The notes: a model not told the origin generated them from the sequence alone. DNA of 64,000 nt from Leucoraja erinacea (GCF_028641065.1 NC_073405.1:14012001-14076000); one strand, 5' to 3'. Counted from the first letter of the stretch, positions 37,911 to 51,090 are shown. Numbers and translations are program-made.

Positions 37911-40606
37911 TGAATGTTAAGAAGAAGGTCCAGGGATGATTTCACCCAGGCCTCAGTCCATCCCTCAGTTGCTGAGACCAACCAACCAAACACCCCAGCA
38001 CCAGTTCACTAAAAATAGGTTTGGAGTCAAAGCAACAAGCAAGCCATCATATAAAGAAACACAGGAGGAAGCCATTCAGCCCCTCTTGCCTCCTCTGTCA
38101 TTCAATGAGACCATGGCTACTCCGTCCTCCAGGCATATCTTTGTATCCCTTGATTCTCTCAACATCCTAAACACGTTTGCTCTCTCTCTCTCTCTTTTGC
38201 TCGGATACAGTTAGTGAGGGAACTTCCACAGTAAAAGCCACAAATATGGAATTGGGTCCTTTCAGTTGATATTTATCTGCGTGGTTGTCTGGGTTCAAGC
38301 ATTGCTGCCCAGCCTCAGCCCAGTCACATATCATTTGAATAGTACAGGTGTCAGAGGTTATGGTTAGAAGGCAGGAGAATAGGATTGGGTGGGGGGGGCA
38401 AGATAGATCGGCCATGATTGAATGGCAGACTTGATGGGCCGAATGGCCTAATTCTGCACCTATCACTTATGAATCATGGCACTCCTATAGGTGTACATGT
38501 TGAGAGGTGGTTCGGGTATGAGCTCAATATTTTATCGAATATCTGCACATCCTCCATCACCACAATATGCTTTCAATTTTTCCCTGCTTTTCTGTGAAAT
38601 ATCCTGGGTCAGGTATGGAAAACGATTTGTGTCGGAAAGAATTGCAGATGCTGGTTTACACCAAAGATAGACACAAAATGTGGGAGTAACTCAGCGGGTC
38701 AGGCAGCATCTCTGGAGAAAAGGAATAGGTGACATTTTTGGTTGAGACCCTTTCGTCAGACTGAGAGTCATGGGAGAGGGAAACTAGAGGTATGAAAGGG
38801 TACAGCTCCTATGGAAAAAGATATAATTATTCTCACTGGGTCAAGTTGAGGTTGGAATTTAACACTTTAGTTGAACAGAAGTCTACCCTCGGCACCCCTA
38901 GAGTAGATGAGGGGAAGGATTATGTAAGGGATGCTCTCCACAGTGACAGTGATTGGATAATGGTCGGCTGAGTGGGACATTGCAACTCAGTGAGGGACAC
39001 AAAGCCGCGATCCTGCTCACTGACGGGAAGGGGTGTTGGAGACTGAAGGAGAACAGTACACCGCCTCTCGCTCACCTGGCCCTTGAAGACAAGCCTGATG
39101 CTCGTGCGACTTATTCTCCAACCCAAGCTCAGGACATTCTTTGCATCACTTCCTGTGGTGATCAAAAGAAACACCAAGGTAACTAATGCCCGATCAAAAA
39201 ATTATGCACATACACAATTTAACTTTCTGCTCCTCGCATCCCACTTCCCCGCCATTATTCTTTGTTCTGTATAGGACTGGTGGGCACTGTGGGCGTCGGT
39301 GATGGCTCCCAATGTGTATTAAAATGCTTTGGGATAAGGATATCAGGTAATATATATTTAAGAATGCTAATGATACTGTTCCTATCCATTACCCAGAAGT
39401 AACTCCACACTGCACATCTCCAACGTTATTTAATAATCTCTTGTGTGGGAGGCGAGACCGATGTAGAAAGGCTTCGGGGAGATATGTCAGGCTGTCTGAA
39501 TGGGCAAGGATGTGACCTGAACTGCACACAATACTCCAAGTGTGGTTTCAGCATCATCTTGTGCACTTTTAACATGATGTCCCAACTTTTGTCTCAGTGC
39601 CCTTGTTGATGAAGGAAAGCATATTAAACACTTTCCTCACAACTCTGTCTACCTTTGACTGATGTATCAGTATCACAAAGTCTCTCTGTTTTATGACACA
39701 CACAAGGGGCCTGTATTTACTGTGCAAGTCATGCCCTGGTTTAATTTCCCAAAATGCAACACTTCACACTTGTCTACTAGGTTAAATTCCATCTGCCATT
39801 CCTTGGCCCACTTTCCCAGTTGATCTCAGTTGCGGTAATCTTAGACAAACTTCCTCATGGTACACTACCACTAATTGTGGTATTATCCACAAACTTGAAC
39901 AGGGCAACTACAATCTGATCCAAATCGTTAAATTAGATGACAAACACCACCGTTGTAGGTAGACAAGCACCACTGCACACTGATCCCTGAAGCACACCAC
40001 TGGTCACAGGCATCAAATTTGAAATACAACCCAACAAATACCACCCTCTGCCTCCTACCACAAGACCAATTTTGTATCCAACTGGGTAACTCATCCTGGA
40101 TGCCATTTGATCCAACCTTGCAGACCAGCCTACCATGCAAATCCTTGTCAAAGGTCTTGCTAAAGTCCGTGAAGACAATGTCTATCGCCCGACCCTCATC
40201 AATGCCCTTGGCCATGTTTTCCCATATGTAAAGCCGTGGAGACTATCCCAAATCTGTCCTTGCCTTTCCAAATGAAGATAGATCCTGCCTCTAAGAATCT
40301 CTTCAAGGAACTTGTCCACCACTTATGTTAGGCTCAGCAGCCTTTAGTTCCCTGACTTTTTTCACAACTATTCTTTAATAAAGGCACAATATTAGCCACC
40401 CAGTACCTCATTCGTGGCTCATGATGACACAAATCTCTCTTACAGAGATGCAGCACATTTGTCCCTGGTTTCCCACAACACCCTGTGACAACCTTTATGT
40501 TTCACTCTTCCTTCCCTCTCATGCCGAGATTCTCAGCACTTCGCCACAGCTCTTCAGTGGAGATTAGCAGAGACCTGGCCTCTCCATTGCTCGGAGGACC
40601 TGCTTG

Positions 40607-40646
40607 TCACCCAAACCCCACACTCTTGCTGCTCCAACTGAACGGC
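40607..40646 (-). CDS. BORCS8: BORCS8 probable terminal coding exon
   Basis: Acceptor TCTTTCTCCTTTTACAG|G; phase 2 gives RPFSWSSKSVGFG*; total length about 120 aa as in human, but the tail is not conserved. Confidence 0.6.
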
Positions 40647-42867
40647 CTGTAAAAGGAGAAAGATGTATTGCTTGGCACACATGCAGACCGTCCCATCTCA
40701 AGGTCAATTTCACTGGCTGCTTTAGGCTCACAGAAGCTACTAATTCGCAATTTTATCAATTTCAATTCGATATATGTCATTAAAGTAATATATGACCTGC
40801 ACCCACAGTAATTGAAATAATTTAAGAGATTGTTCAAGATAGGCGGTAAGGTGGGAGATCTGCATGAGTCAAAGTATTATTCATGACTTAGCAGCGATCA
40901 AGGCTGCTTTGGCACCAGGCCAGCTTGTGCTCCTGGTATCAGCAATACTAACCTGGAAAGGGAGGGGTGCACGCTTGGCTCTGCACTCAGGAAGAAGAGA
41001 AGGAGGGAAGTTCAGGAACTGCCTGTGTAACAACGGAACTGTAACAGACACGCACATCACTAAAGCTGCATGCAGCGATGGGTGAAGAAAAATATAAGAT
41101 GGAAAAATGCAACGTAAACTGTGGAGTACTGAGGGTTCATAACAACAGTGGAGCAAGGGATTGACTCTGCAATATGTGTCCAACGAGTCGGCCTGAGAAC
41201 AGGCAATGGACATGCAGCAAGACCATAACCATTGGCATTGAATAATTTCCCTTGGATCCCACCACTCGAGATCCAGTGTACCAGTTGTGCAAGACCTAAC
41301 ATATGGCATGTGTGGTTTTCAACATGTAAAGGTGGCTTTGGGGAAGAGTTTCCTAGAGCTGCCAAACAGAGGAGTTTCCATCATGCACAGAATGGGAAGG
41401 CTTTCAGCAAAAAAAAACAATGTACTGGAGAAAGTCAGTATCTGTGGAGGGAATGGACAGATGATATTTCAGGTCATGAACCTTCTTCAGATCAGCCTGA
41501 AGGAAGGACCCCACACAAAATATCACCTACTCATTTTCTCTACAGATGCTACCTGACCTGCTGAGTTCCTCCAGCCTCTGCAGTCTTGTCTCTTTAAGAG
41601 TGAGCTTTCAGCTGGTGTCCCGACTGACAGCTGGCCCTCAACTTCATGCCCTTCCGCCTGAGCCCTAGCTTCATTTATTCAGAGTCCCAGCGTAGCTATA
41701 TAGCTTGAATAGCTTGTTTTGTTTTCTTGAATTTTTTTTAATGTTTGTTTATTATATTATCAGTACTGCGTTAACAAACCTAGTTTGCTGTTGCAATTAA
41801 GAATTTCTTGTTCCGTTTTGGTTCATATGACGATAAAATACTCTTCACTATTTTGATTCTTGATGGAGGTAGGTGGTGCCGTGGTCACCAAAACATGAGA
41901 GGCTGCAGATCAAATGCTAGTCAATGGGATTAGTGTGGTTGGGTACGATGGTCAGCATGGGTGTAATGGGCTGAACGGCCTGTTTCCGTGCTGTATGACT
42001 GTGCTCAAGCAGTTGTGTGGATATGGGGTAGAGGAAGATGATGTCATGGAGAATGCAGATGTCAACACACACATGAAAAGACTGCCAAATTCTGTTGCAA
42101 TGGACACTCAGTACTCAACAGAACTAGAACACAGGTACAAGAAAAATACCAAAATTCAAATATCAAACTAAACACTCCCCCCGGGGGTTTCATTAAATCA
42201 GCACATCACCATTCATTATATTTGAATCTGGCATTTCTTTATCCCTCATTGAAAATCAAATGAATTCTCCACCCCTCCTGAGAAGTACATTCACGTCTGG
42301 AACTCACTCATTTTTAGTCGATATTGATAGGAAGGCGCAGCTAGAGCAAATCGCCACGGCAACACCCTTCCCATTACGTTTGGGCAAAATGTAGCAGCCC
42401 GACAGATGGGTGGGAATGCCATCCTGCGACCACTCATGGCGGGGAAACAGCAGCAGGAGGCGCTGAATGTGGGAGGACTTATGGGGGCCATACGCTCTCC
42501 ATCCAGCATCAACCACCCATCCATACCCCGTGCCAAGTCTCACAAAGGACTTTGGCCACAACAGAACCAAATGAATTGCAGTGAACGTATCCATTCGATT
42601 TTCCTATTTCCACCGTTAAGTTGCAATAAGACCAGCTAGCACCATGAACTGAATTTCTGAGACAAAGTGGTCATGTTCACAGGCGGGCATTTCCAATGGC
42701 AAGTCTAACCTCCCTGCAAGGACGGGACAGGCCTGATGTGCTGTTTTTAATGGCTCCCCCAACATCACCCGAGCACAATGAGTGAACTCAAACCACAGGA
42801 ATGGGGTGAGGCGGGGCGGGGAAGGGAGGGTGGGCACACCAAGCAGAACCTAAGGCCCTCGCAGTAC

Positions 42868-42975
42868 CTGCGGCTCTGCAAAGAGCTCATCTGGTCCTTG
42901 ATGCTGATGGCTTGTCGGAGCAACCCCTCGATGTTTTTGAAGTAGGCTGCACTGTTAGACATGCTCTTCACCGCA
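42868..42975 (-). CDS. BORCS8: BORCS8 coding exon 4
   Basis: SAVKSMSNSAAYFKNIEGLLRQAISIKDQM (human SAVKNLVDSSVYFRSVEGLLKQAISIRDHM); AG/GT boundaries. Confidence 0.93.
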
Positions 42976-44084
42976 CTGCACGAGGCGAAAGGATTACAAG
43001 TTAAGGGTAAAAGTTAAGATCACATCGCAAGGAAGAATATCCAGCACAAGCAACAGTGACTGAGGCAAGTCTCCTGTCCTCCACATAAAAGAATGTAAAA
43101 CATGGAGGCCGTTACAGGTTCAGGAAGCACAACACACAGCATCGATTATCGCTGACAAATAGAAAGGGTGACATGGAACCCCGTACAGCTGGTGGCAACA
43201 TGGAATTGTGACACACTAGTCTGTTGCCAATTTTGTAACATGCATTGAGGGTTTAACCGTGCGTCTAACCAGTGGCACCCACTCCAGGGAGTGTGGATGG
43301 GGCAATGTAGGGCTTGGCTCAATATCCAACCCCATTTGCTTTGGGCATTCATCCTGAGGCCTGATCATTGTATGCCTTCCTTCTTTGTTGTATGTAGAGT
43401 ATACATCCAGCATCTTTTCTTAAATGAGGAAACCAAGACGGTAAGCAACACTCCAAACCTCACTTTATCTTGTATCACTGGAGCATTATCTCACTATCTT
43501 CCCATTGTATTCACCTGACAATAAACATTAACATGTCATTGGACTTGCTAAATACATGACACACCAGTCTACCAGCCTTCTGCAAGTCAAGGAGTCCCAC
43601 ATCCCTCTACATATTCAAACTCTGCCGTCTCACCATTTGGAAATAATGCTTTGGAAATAATGCTTTTGTTAATCTATATTTCCTGCTAGAATGAACAATT
43701 TCACATTTTTTCATTAAATACTCCATTTGCCAGATCTGAGATAATGGATCTGCATCCGTTTGAACCCTCATTGTGTGCCCTTCACAAAGATTCACCTTGA
43801 ATGGGCAATCTGTTATTTTTAAGCAGTGACCACACTCGATCAAAATCCCTCAAGAATTTTTGTTTCAAACAACCTCTCATTCTAAACTCCCAACAGATGG
43901 CGACCCAGTACTTGCAACCATTCCTCGTTTCTCTTGTCTTTCGAGAAGGAGCCAAGATTATATCTTCTCTTCCAAACGCACCTCCTGCATTCATTTGTGT
44001 GATGCACACAGACCTTGCTCCAGAGGGTGCCTGGCATACAGCATGTTTACAATACCGTATACCCTCCCTCCCTCCAGGCCTCAC

Positions 44085-44149
44085 CTGCAGGCATACTCCA
44101 CAGTATATATCGCTCCTTGGCATTGTTCTTCCACGCCTTGCATGTCTGT
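44085..44149 (-). CDS. BORCS8: BORCS8 coding exon 3
   Basis: TDMQGVEEQCQGAIYTVEYAC (human ADMQRWEEQSQGAIYTVEYAC); TTTCCTCTGCAG acceptor, CAG|GTGAGG donor. Confidence 0.95.
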
Positions 44150-44312
44150 CTGCAGAGGAAACAAAATACAAGGTCGCAAAACACTGATTAACTGGACAGC
44201 TTTCACTTCAGGGCCAAGAAATCCTTCCTTTGGTCTGACTGGTCAGTAACGGACTGAGGTTCCTCATGCCCATAAATCAGGTCCTTCTTCTTTGTGTATG
44301 CCAGTACATGCA

Positions 44313-44380
44313 TGCATGCACACTGGGGTGTGTCCATGCACACACTCTTGCTTGCATGGACACACCCCAGTGTGCATGCA
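44313..44380. repeat. Perfect 28-bp inverted repeat with 12-nt loop
   Basis: TGCATGCACACTGGGGTGTGTCCATGCA (44313-44340) and its exact reverse complement (44353-44380). Confidence 0.9.
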
Positions 44381-45466
44381 AGCAAGTCAATGTGTTCATT
44401 TGGTTGCAGGCAATTAGTCATAATGTCACAGATGGGAGACAGGCCCTTTGGCTCAAGTTATCCATGCTGACCAAGATGCCTTATCTCAGCTTGTCCCATT
44501 TGTTCATTTTAAGCTCATACCTCACTCCACATTTCCAAATACATTTTAAATGTTGTTCATGTACTTGCCTCAACTATTTCCTCTGGCAGCTCAATACATA
44601 TACCCACCACCCTCTGTGCAAAGAAGTTGCCCCAGGTTCCTTTTAAATCATTCTCCAATCACAAACCTATGACATGTCTTTTTTGATATCCCTTCCCTGG
44701 AAGAAGACTGCATTCAACTTACCTTTGTCCCTCATGAGTTTATACACGTCTCTAAGAATACCCCGAGGTCTCCGATGCTCCAAGGAATAAAAAGTTAGTC
44801 TGACCAACCTCTTCCTGTAGTTCAAGCCCACGAGTCCTGGCAACATGCTTGTAAATCTTCCCTGCACATTTTCTTCTAACAATATGACATATTTTTCAGT
44901 GCCCAAAACTGTACACAATATTCCAAGCATGACCTCACTAGCGTGTTGTACAAATGTGACATGACGCCCTAAAGTTTATACTCAATCCCCTTAATGATAA
45001 TACCAGTATGCCAAAGGCCTCCTTCACTACCCTGTCAATCTGAGGTGGCATTTTCAGGGAGCTATATGCTTGTTCCCCAAGATCCCTCTGCTCCACAACG
45101 CTCCTCAGGGCCCTGCCATTCAGTGCGAGGTCCTGACCTCATTTGACTTCCCAAAATGCAAGACCTGAGACATTTAAATTAAACTGCATTTGCCATCCCT
45201 CAGCCCACTTGCCCAGCCTGCCAGGTTTGGTTTGGGTTCATCCTCCACAGTGGGTGTATAAATAGTTGAAGGCCTGTGTAGATCTGGAACGAGGAAGTGG
45301 TAATGAGGAAGAGAAATGAAGACGAGAAATAGAGGTAATCAGGAGTGAGGTGGGGGTGGCATTGGCAAGGAAGGGTGGAGAGGAGCGGGTGTGGTCGTTT
45401 CTGACAGGATCGGCAAAAGTAAGGTTACACTGAAGCCAAGGATTCGGCAGCGCTCAGTCCCCTCAC

Positions 45467-45579
45467 CTTGTGCTGCACCAGCTCGGGGAGGGATCGCCGG
45501 ACGTGCTCCTGGAGACGGTAAAGAGCCACCGATGGTTCGTTGGCCAGAAAGTACATGCTCTCCGTGAACTTATCTGTAA
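45467..45579 (-). CDS. BORCS8: BORCS8 coding exon 2
   Basis: VTDKFTESMYFLANEPSVALYRLQEHVRRSLPELVQHK, near-identical to human; AAG|GTGAGG donor. Confidence 0.97.
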
Positions 45580-45698
45580 CTGATAATAACAGGGATTTAG
45601 ACCCGGGGTGGTTCGGGGGGTGGGTGGGGAGAATGACAGCGGTTGGAAGAGGAGGAGGCCTCGGCGGGGAGAGAGACGAAGGGGGGGGGGTTCTCCTG

Positions 45699-46175
45699 NN
45701 NNNNNNNNNNNNNNNNNNNNNNNNNNNNNNNNNNNNNNNNNNNNNNNNNNNNNNNNNNNNNNNNNNNNNNNNNNNNNNNNNNNNNNNNNNNNNNNNNNNN
45801 NNNNNNNNNNNNNNNNNNNNNNNNNNNNNNNNNNNNNNNNNNNNNNNNNNNNNNNNNNNNNNNNNNNNNNNNNNNNNNNNNNNNNNNNNNNNNNNNNNNN
45901 NNNNNNNNNNNNNNNNNNNNNNNNNNNNNNNNNNNNNNNNNNNNNNNNNNNNNNNNNNNNNNNNNNNNNNNNNNNNNNNNNNNNNNNNNNNNNNNNNNNN
46001 NNNNNNNNNNNNNNNNNNNNNNNNNNNNNNNNNNNNNNNNNNNNNNNNNNNNNNNNNNNNNNNNNNNNNNNNNNNNNNNNNNNNNNNNNNNNNNNNNNNN
46101 NNNNNNNNNNNNNNNNNNNNNNNNNNNNNNNNNNNNNNNNNNNNNNNNNNNNNNNNNNNNNNNNNNNNNNNNNNN
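45699..46175. other. Assembly gap covering the end of BORCS8 exon 1 and most of intron 1
   Basis: Run of N. Confidence 1.
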
Positions 46176-46200
46176 GCAGCTGCAGCTCCGGCTCCTCCAT
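46176..46200 (-). CDS. BORCS8: BORCS8 (BLOC-1-related complex subunit 8, MEF2BNB) coding exon 1, truncated by gap
   Basis: GGCGACATGG Kozak then MEEPELQL (human MEEPEMQL); CpG-rich upstream region. Confidence 0.9.
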
Positions 46201-46539
46201 GTCGCCAACAAAGATCTTTGGTCGCCGCCGCCTGAAGTGTCCGCCGCTCCACATCCCCCGAAGTCACGGAGCCGAGATGCGGGTTCCGATCTTTGGTTCC
46301 GCCGCAGTCGGAAGGTTGGAAGCAAAGAAGGGTGTTTGGTGGGATGTGGGCGGCACCAGTACTCAAGCAAAGATTACAGAGGAGCTCCTCTAGGATCCAA
46401 GTGTCGCCCGGCGGGTGTGCAGCCTCCGAAGCCCCCGATCCGGCAGCAACGGCGAGAACACAGAACTGTGCAGCAGAGCTTCAGCCCACAATGTCTGTGC
46501 CGCACATAATGTCAACTATTATCTGTCAACACATAACCT

Positions 46540-47855
46540 ACCTATTCTTTAGGGAACGGAGGTTCCCCTCTTCGACTATAGATGAGGCTCTCACCAGGGT
46601 CTCCTCTATATTCCGTAGCTCCGCTCTCACTCCCCATCCCCCCACTGGCAACAAGGACAGAGTCCCCCTTGTCCTCACCTTCCACCCAACCAGCCGTCAC
46701 ATACAACAAATAATCCTCCAACATTTTCGCCTCCTCCAACGGGATCCCACCACTGGCCACATCTTCCCATCTTCTCCCCTTTCGGCTTTCCGCGGAAACT
46801 CCCGGGTCAATTCGTCCCTTTCCACCCAAACCATCCTCTCCCCTGGTACTTTCCCTTGCAACCGCAGGAAATGCGACACTTGTCGCTTTACCTCCCCCCT
46901 CGACTCCGTCCAAGGAGCCAGCAGTCTTTCCAGATGAGGCAGAGGTCAGGGCCGGCCTTAAACCAATTGGACCAATTGCTCCCAATTGGGACCCGCGCTA
47001 AATTTCCGTATTTCATACGGAAATGCAATACAAATACGGAAATACGAATTAGCGTTGTTAAATACGGATTTTCTTTTTAAAACATTGTGTTGTTAAATAC
47101 GAAGTTTTTAAAAAACAACCATGGATAATCGTTAAGTGTCACCCGCTGCACTGGCCATGAGATGAAAACGATTTGTTAACTACCACTGTTAGCACTTGTT
47201 AACAGCCAGTAGTTAACATGTGGTTATACAATGTGTCATCAGTACATCGATCCACATTCCTCAGAAAATGTAATTGTGTTCTTACTAAGTATTAATGATG
47301 CCCGCGTTCCTTTGAATAAAATTCACTGGAGTCCCAACCTCATCTATTGCATCTGCTGTTGTAGGTGTCAACTGCTCTACATCGGTGAGACCAAGCACAT
47401 GCTTGCAATAGCTTCGCCCAATATCTCCACTCAGTTTGCATTATCCAATCTGATCTCCTGGTGGCTCAGCACTTCAACTCCCCCTCCCATTTCGAATCTG
47501 ACCTTTCTGGCCTGGGCTTCTTCCATGGCCAGAGTGAGTCCCACCGGAAATTGGAGGAGCGACACCTCATATTTCGCTTGGATAGTTTTCACCTTAGTGG
47601 TATGAACATTGACTTCTCCAATTTCAGATAGTCCTTGATTTCTCCCTCCTTCCCAGCTCTCCCACAGCCTACTGTCTCCGCCTCTTCCTTTCTTCTTCCC
47701 ACCCCACCCCACCCCCCCACATCAGTCTGAAGAAGGGTCTCGACCTGAAAAGTCACCTATTCCTTCGCTCCATAGACACTGCCTCACCTGCTGAGTTTCT
47801 CCAGCATTTTTGTCTACCTTCGATTTTACCAGCATCTACAGTTCTTTCTTAAACA
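46540..47855 (+). mobile_element. 5'-truncated Penelope-like retroelement (linker, Cys-rich finger, GIY-YIG endonuclease, 3' terminus with hammerhead-like motif)
   Basis: FFRERRFPSSTIDEAL...RVPLVLTFHP...GTFPCNRRKCDTC and NLIYCICCCRCQLLYIGETK; 3' end CTGAAGAAGGGTCTCGACCTGAAAAGTCACC...CTTAAAC. Confidence 0.88.
46947..47330. mobile_element. hAT-like DNA transposon fragment nested in Penelope
   Basis: Starts CAGGGCCGGCCTTA (hAT-type terminus; similar CAGGGCCGGATTTA at ~15671); interrupts Penelope just before NLIYC; second TIR not seen. Confidence 0.5.
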
Positions 47856-49404
47856 TAACCTACCTATATCCCTCCATTCCCTGCACTTCCATGTGCCTAT
47901 CAAAAACCCTCTTGTAACACCACTATCGCATCTGCCTCCACCACCATCCATAGCAGCGCTTTCCAGCCTCTATGAAAAGAAAGTTGCCTTGCACAAATCC
48001 TTTAAACTTTACCCCTCTCATCTTGTATGAATGCTCTCTAGACTTTGACATTTCCACCATGGGGAAAGGGTTCTGATTGTCTAGCCTACCTAAGCCTTTC
48101 ATAATTTTATATACTATCACGTTTTTAGTGTCAGCTGCTTACTTGCGAATCAAATTTTAAAGCCACACTAAAGTAGGACATTTTGTAGACAGTGAAGATG
48201 ATTATGAAAAATTACAGCCGGATCTTGAGGCAAGTGCATTGAGGAAGGGTGAATGGAGTAAAATGCAGATAAGTGCATAAAACGTTCACAGTGATGGCAG
48301 GGACCTGGAGAGTGTGGTGGAGAGGGATCTAGGAGTGCAGGTACATAGTTCCTTGAATGTGGTGTCACAGGCAGATGGCATGATGGGACTGATCACATGT
48401 CGTGACAACGAAGGTGGTGGGATTTCTAGAAATGCAAGAAAAAGAGGAACAATATTTAATTAGAACAGGCAACTGAACCATCCTCTCACCAGCTGGAGAG
48501 CAGTCCTGACTTCCCATCTACCTCATTGGAGACCTTTGAACTATTTTAAATTGGATTTTATTGGACTTTATCTTGCACTAAATGTTATATCCTTTATCCT
48601 GTATCTACATTGTGGATGTGCAGGAAGGAACTGCAGATGCTGGTTTAAACCGAAGATAAACACAAAATGCTGGAGTAACTCAGCGATCCAGGCAGCATCT
48701 CTGGAGAGAAGGAAAGGGTGATGTTTTGGGTCGAGACCCTTCTTCAGGAGATGACTTGATTGTAAACATGTATAGTCTCTTCACTGACTGGATCGCACGC
48801 AACAAAATGCTTGACAACAATAAACTACGTGGCAATAATAATAAACTAAACTAAGCCTATATATACACACACTGAACTTTTTTTCCTCATTATTGTACTG
48901 TTTACATATGTATACATATTCTGTTGTGCTGCTGCAAGTAAGAATTTTGTTCTTCTAACTGGGACATATGACAATAAAACACTCTTGCATCTTGACTATT
49001 TATCATTACAGTATGTACACTGTTTATTTTGTGAGCCTTTGTGTGAACAAGAAATGTAATTGCTTTTCGGTGTAGGTGACAATAATCTAATCAGAATCTG
49101 AGGAGTGAAATCAGAAAAAAGGAATAACCAGATCTGGAAATAAACTGTGCAGTTGGGGTGGACTAGGGTTTTTTGGGTTTGAGTATCGAGGATTTTTAAG
49201 CAAAGGCATGATAATCATGTTGGTCACATTTCAGACAGGTTGTTTTCTCTGGAACGTTGGAGGTTGCGAGTGGACCTGATAGAGGTATATAAAATTATGA
49301 AAGGCATAGGGTAGATAGTCATAACCTTTTACCCAGGAAGGAAATATCAAACACTAGAGGGCATAGTGTTAACATAAGGCAAGAAAGGCAAAGTATAAAG
49401 GAGA

Positions 49405-49750
49405 CTAGACCAAGTGCAGACCTGTTGGGTCTGCTCCCCTACGCACCCGTCCCCTACCCGTAGCCCCCATGGTCCTCCAACTCAACCCATTGCCAAAGGT
49501 AAGATTCGGGCATTCCTCAACAAAGATCATAGCTCGTGAGCCTCCCCCAACACTGGAGTTGGAATAAAAAATCCCAATAGCATCTTCCCAATTGCAATAC
49601 CAATTGACCCTCTCCATGATGGCAACATTGTCGCAAATGTGCACTTGCTGTGAGATGCCATTGAGCTGAAAAGTTCAGTGTTGCTGCCAGTGTTCCTGTC
49701 TTCCAACTTTGAGGTGGGGTGCGCAGCTGATGACCTCAGTGAGGCAGCGC
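49405..49750 (-). mobile_element. Helitron-like 3' terminus
   Basis: Minus strand: hairpin GCAGACC-caaca-GGTCTGC, 7 nt, then CTAG followed by T; interrupts a CR1 fragment; other end uncertain. Confidence 0.5.
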
Positions 49751-50029
49751 ACTGTCAGTGTTGAGGTGGGGTTCACGATCCTCCAGCACCTTTGTCATTA
49801 CTGACCTGACACGGCAGACAGATCACTCACGGCGCCACCGAGTCAGGAACTGCTGCACCAGCGGTGGTCTGTCAATCAGGGGGAACCAGCACCTTCATCA
49901 GGGGCAGATGCTTTACAGACACTTGGTACATGGACAGGAAAGGTTCATAGGGAAATGGGCCAATCCCGGGCAAATAGGACTAGTTGAGATGGGGCATCTT
50001 GGTCAGCACAGAGGAGATGGGCAGAAGGG

Positions 50030-50605
50030 ATGTTTGTATTGTATTGTATTGTATATCTTTATTGTCATTTCCTGAGTATTCGCATACCCAGAGGAAACAA
50101 AAAAACGTTGCTCAACCAGTGTCCATTCAGTTTGCATTAAAAAATAAATAGAAATGAAAATAAAAAATACATGTCATGAACAAATTTAACACTCTACTAA
50201 ACATTCAACAGCCGTTCCGACCGGCAGCGGCACAACAGTGGCTCTGCTGCAGTGTGGGGGTTTGTGCGCGATACTTGGCAGGGGGCAAAGTCCATTTAAC
50301 AGTCTTATAGCCTGTGGGAAGAAGCTGAGGAGCATCCTGCTGGTTTTGCAGCTAATGCTCCTGTACCTCTTCCCAGATGGGAGGATGGAGAAAATGTCAT
50401 GCGATGGGTGGTAAGGGTCTTTGATGATGGAGATGGCTCTGTTGATACATCTCTTCCTGTATATGTCCAGCAGGAAGGGGAGTGGAGCACCAATAATCCT
50501 GCTTGCGATCTTCACTATCCTGTCCAGTTGGTGCCGTTCGTACGCCTTGCAGCTCCCGAACCAGGAAGTGATGCCGTATGTCAGTGTGCTCTCGACAGTC
50601 CCCCT
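50030..50605 (-). mobile_element. Rex1/Babar-type LINE 3' end with (ATACA)n tail
   Basis: ORF 50186-50515 ASRIIGAPLP...IIKDPYHPSHDIFSILPSGKRYRSI...SFFPQAIRLLN. Confidence 0.85.
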
Positions 50606-50859
50606 ATAAAAAGTCCGTAGGTGTGTGGTAGGTTTCTGTACCGTGTGACTCCATGACTAAAGCAGGAGGATGGAGGTACTGAAATAAATGGGATGATCCA
50701 TTCTCCACACCCCAACCACAAACTGTGACCTTAAAATGGCTGGTGAATTGATGGCTTGTTTTACTAATGCAGCTCCCAGAGTGCAGTGGATTGAGTGAGC
50801 CCTGTGCTGGAGTGCTGGAGTGGCCTGCTCTCTGAAACAGTCGCCAGCTGAGTACTGAT

Positions 50860-51090
50860 GGCACGATGCCAGCCTGTCACGGTGTATGCATGCTCAGTGT
50901 CAGCCTTCCACGGTGTGTGGCATGGGGCCGTCCTGCTGTGGTGTGTGTAAGCATGATGCCAGCCTGACATGGTGTGTGTGAGCAAGGTGGCAGCATGCCA
51001 TGGTGTATCCGTACACGATGTCAGCCTGCCATGGTATAAGTGTGCACAGTGCCAGACTGACACTGTGTGTGTGTGTGTGTGTGTTGTGTG
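50860..51090 (+). repeat. Degenerate ~30-bp tandem repeat ending in (GT)n
   Basis: Recurrent GCAYGATGYCAGCCTGHCAYGGTGTRTG units. Confidence 0.65.

Noticed and set aside
45425-46509. Long ORFs of 230-313 aa on both strands
   Set aside because: They are open only because they run through the N gap; the real coding parts are BORCS8 exons 1 and 2
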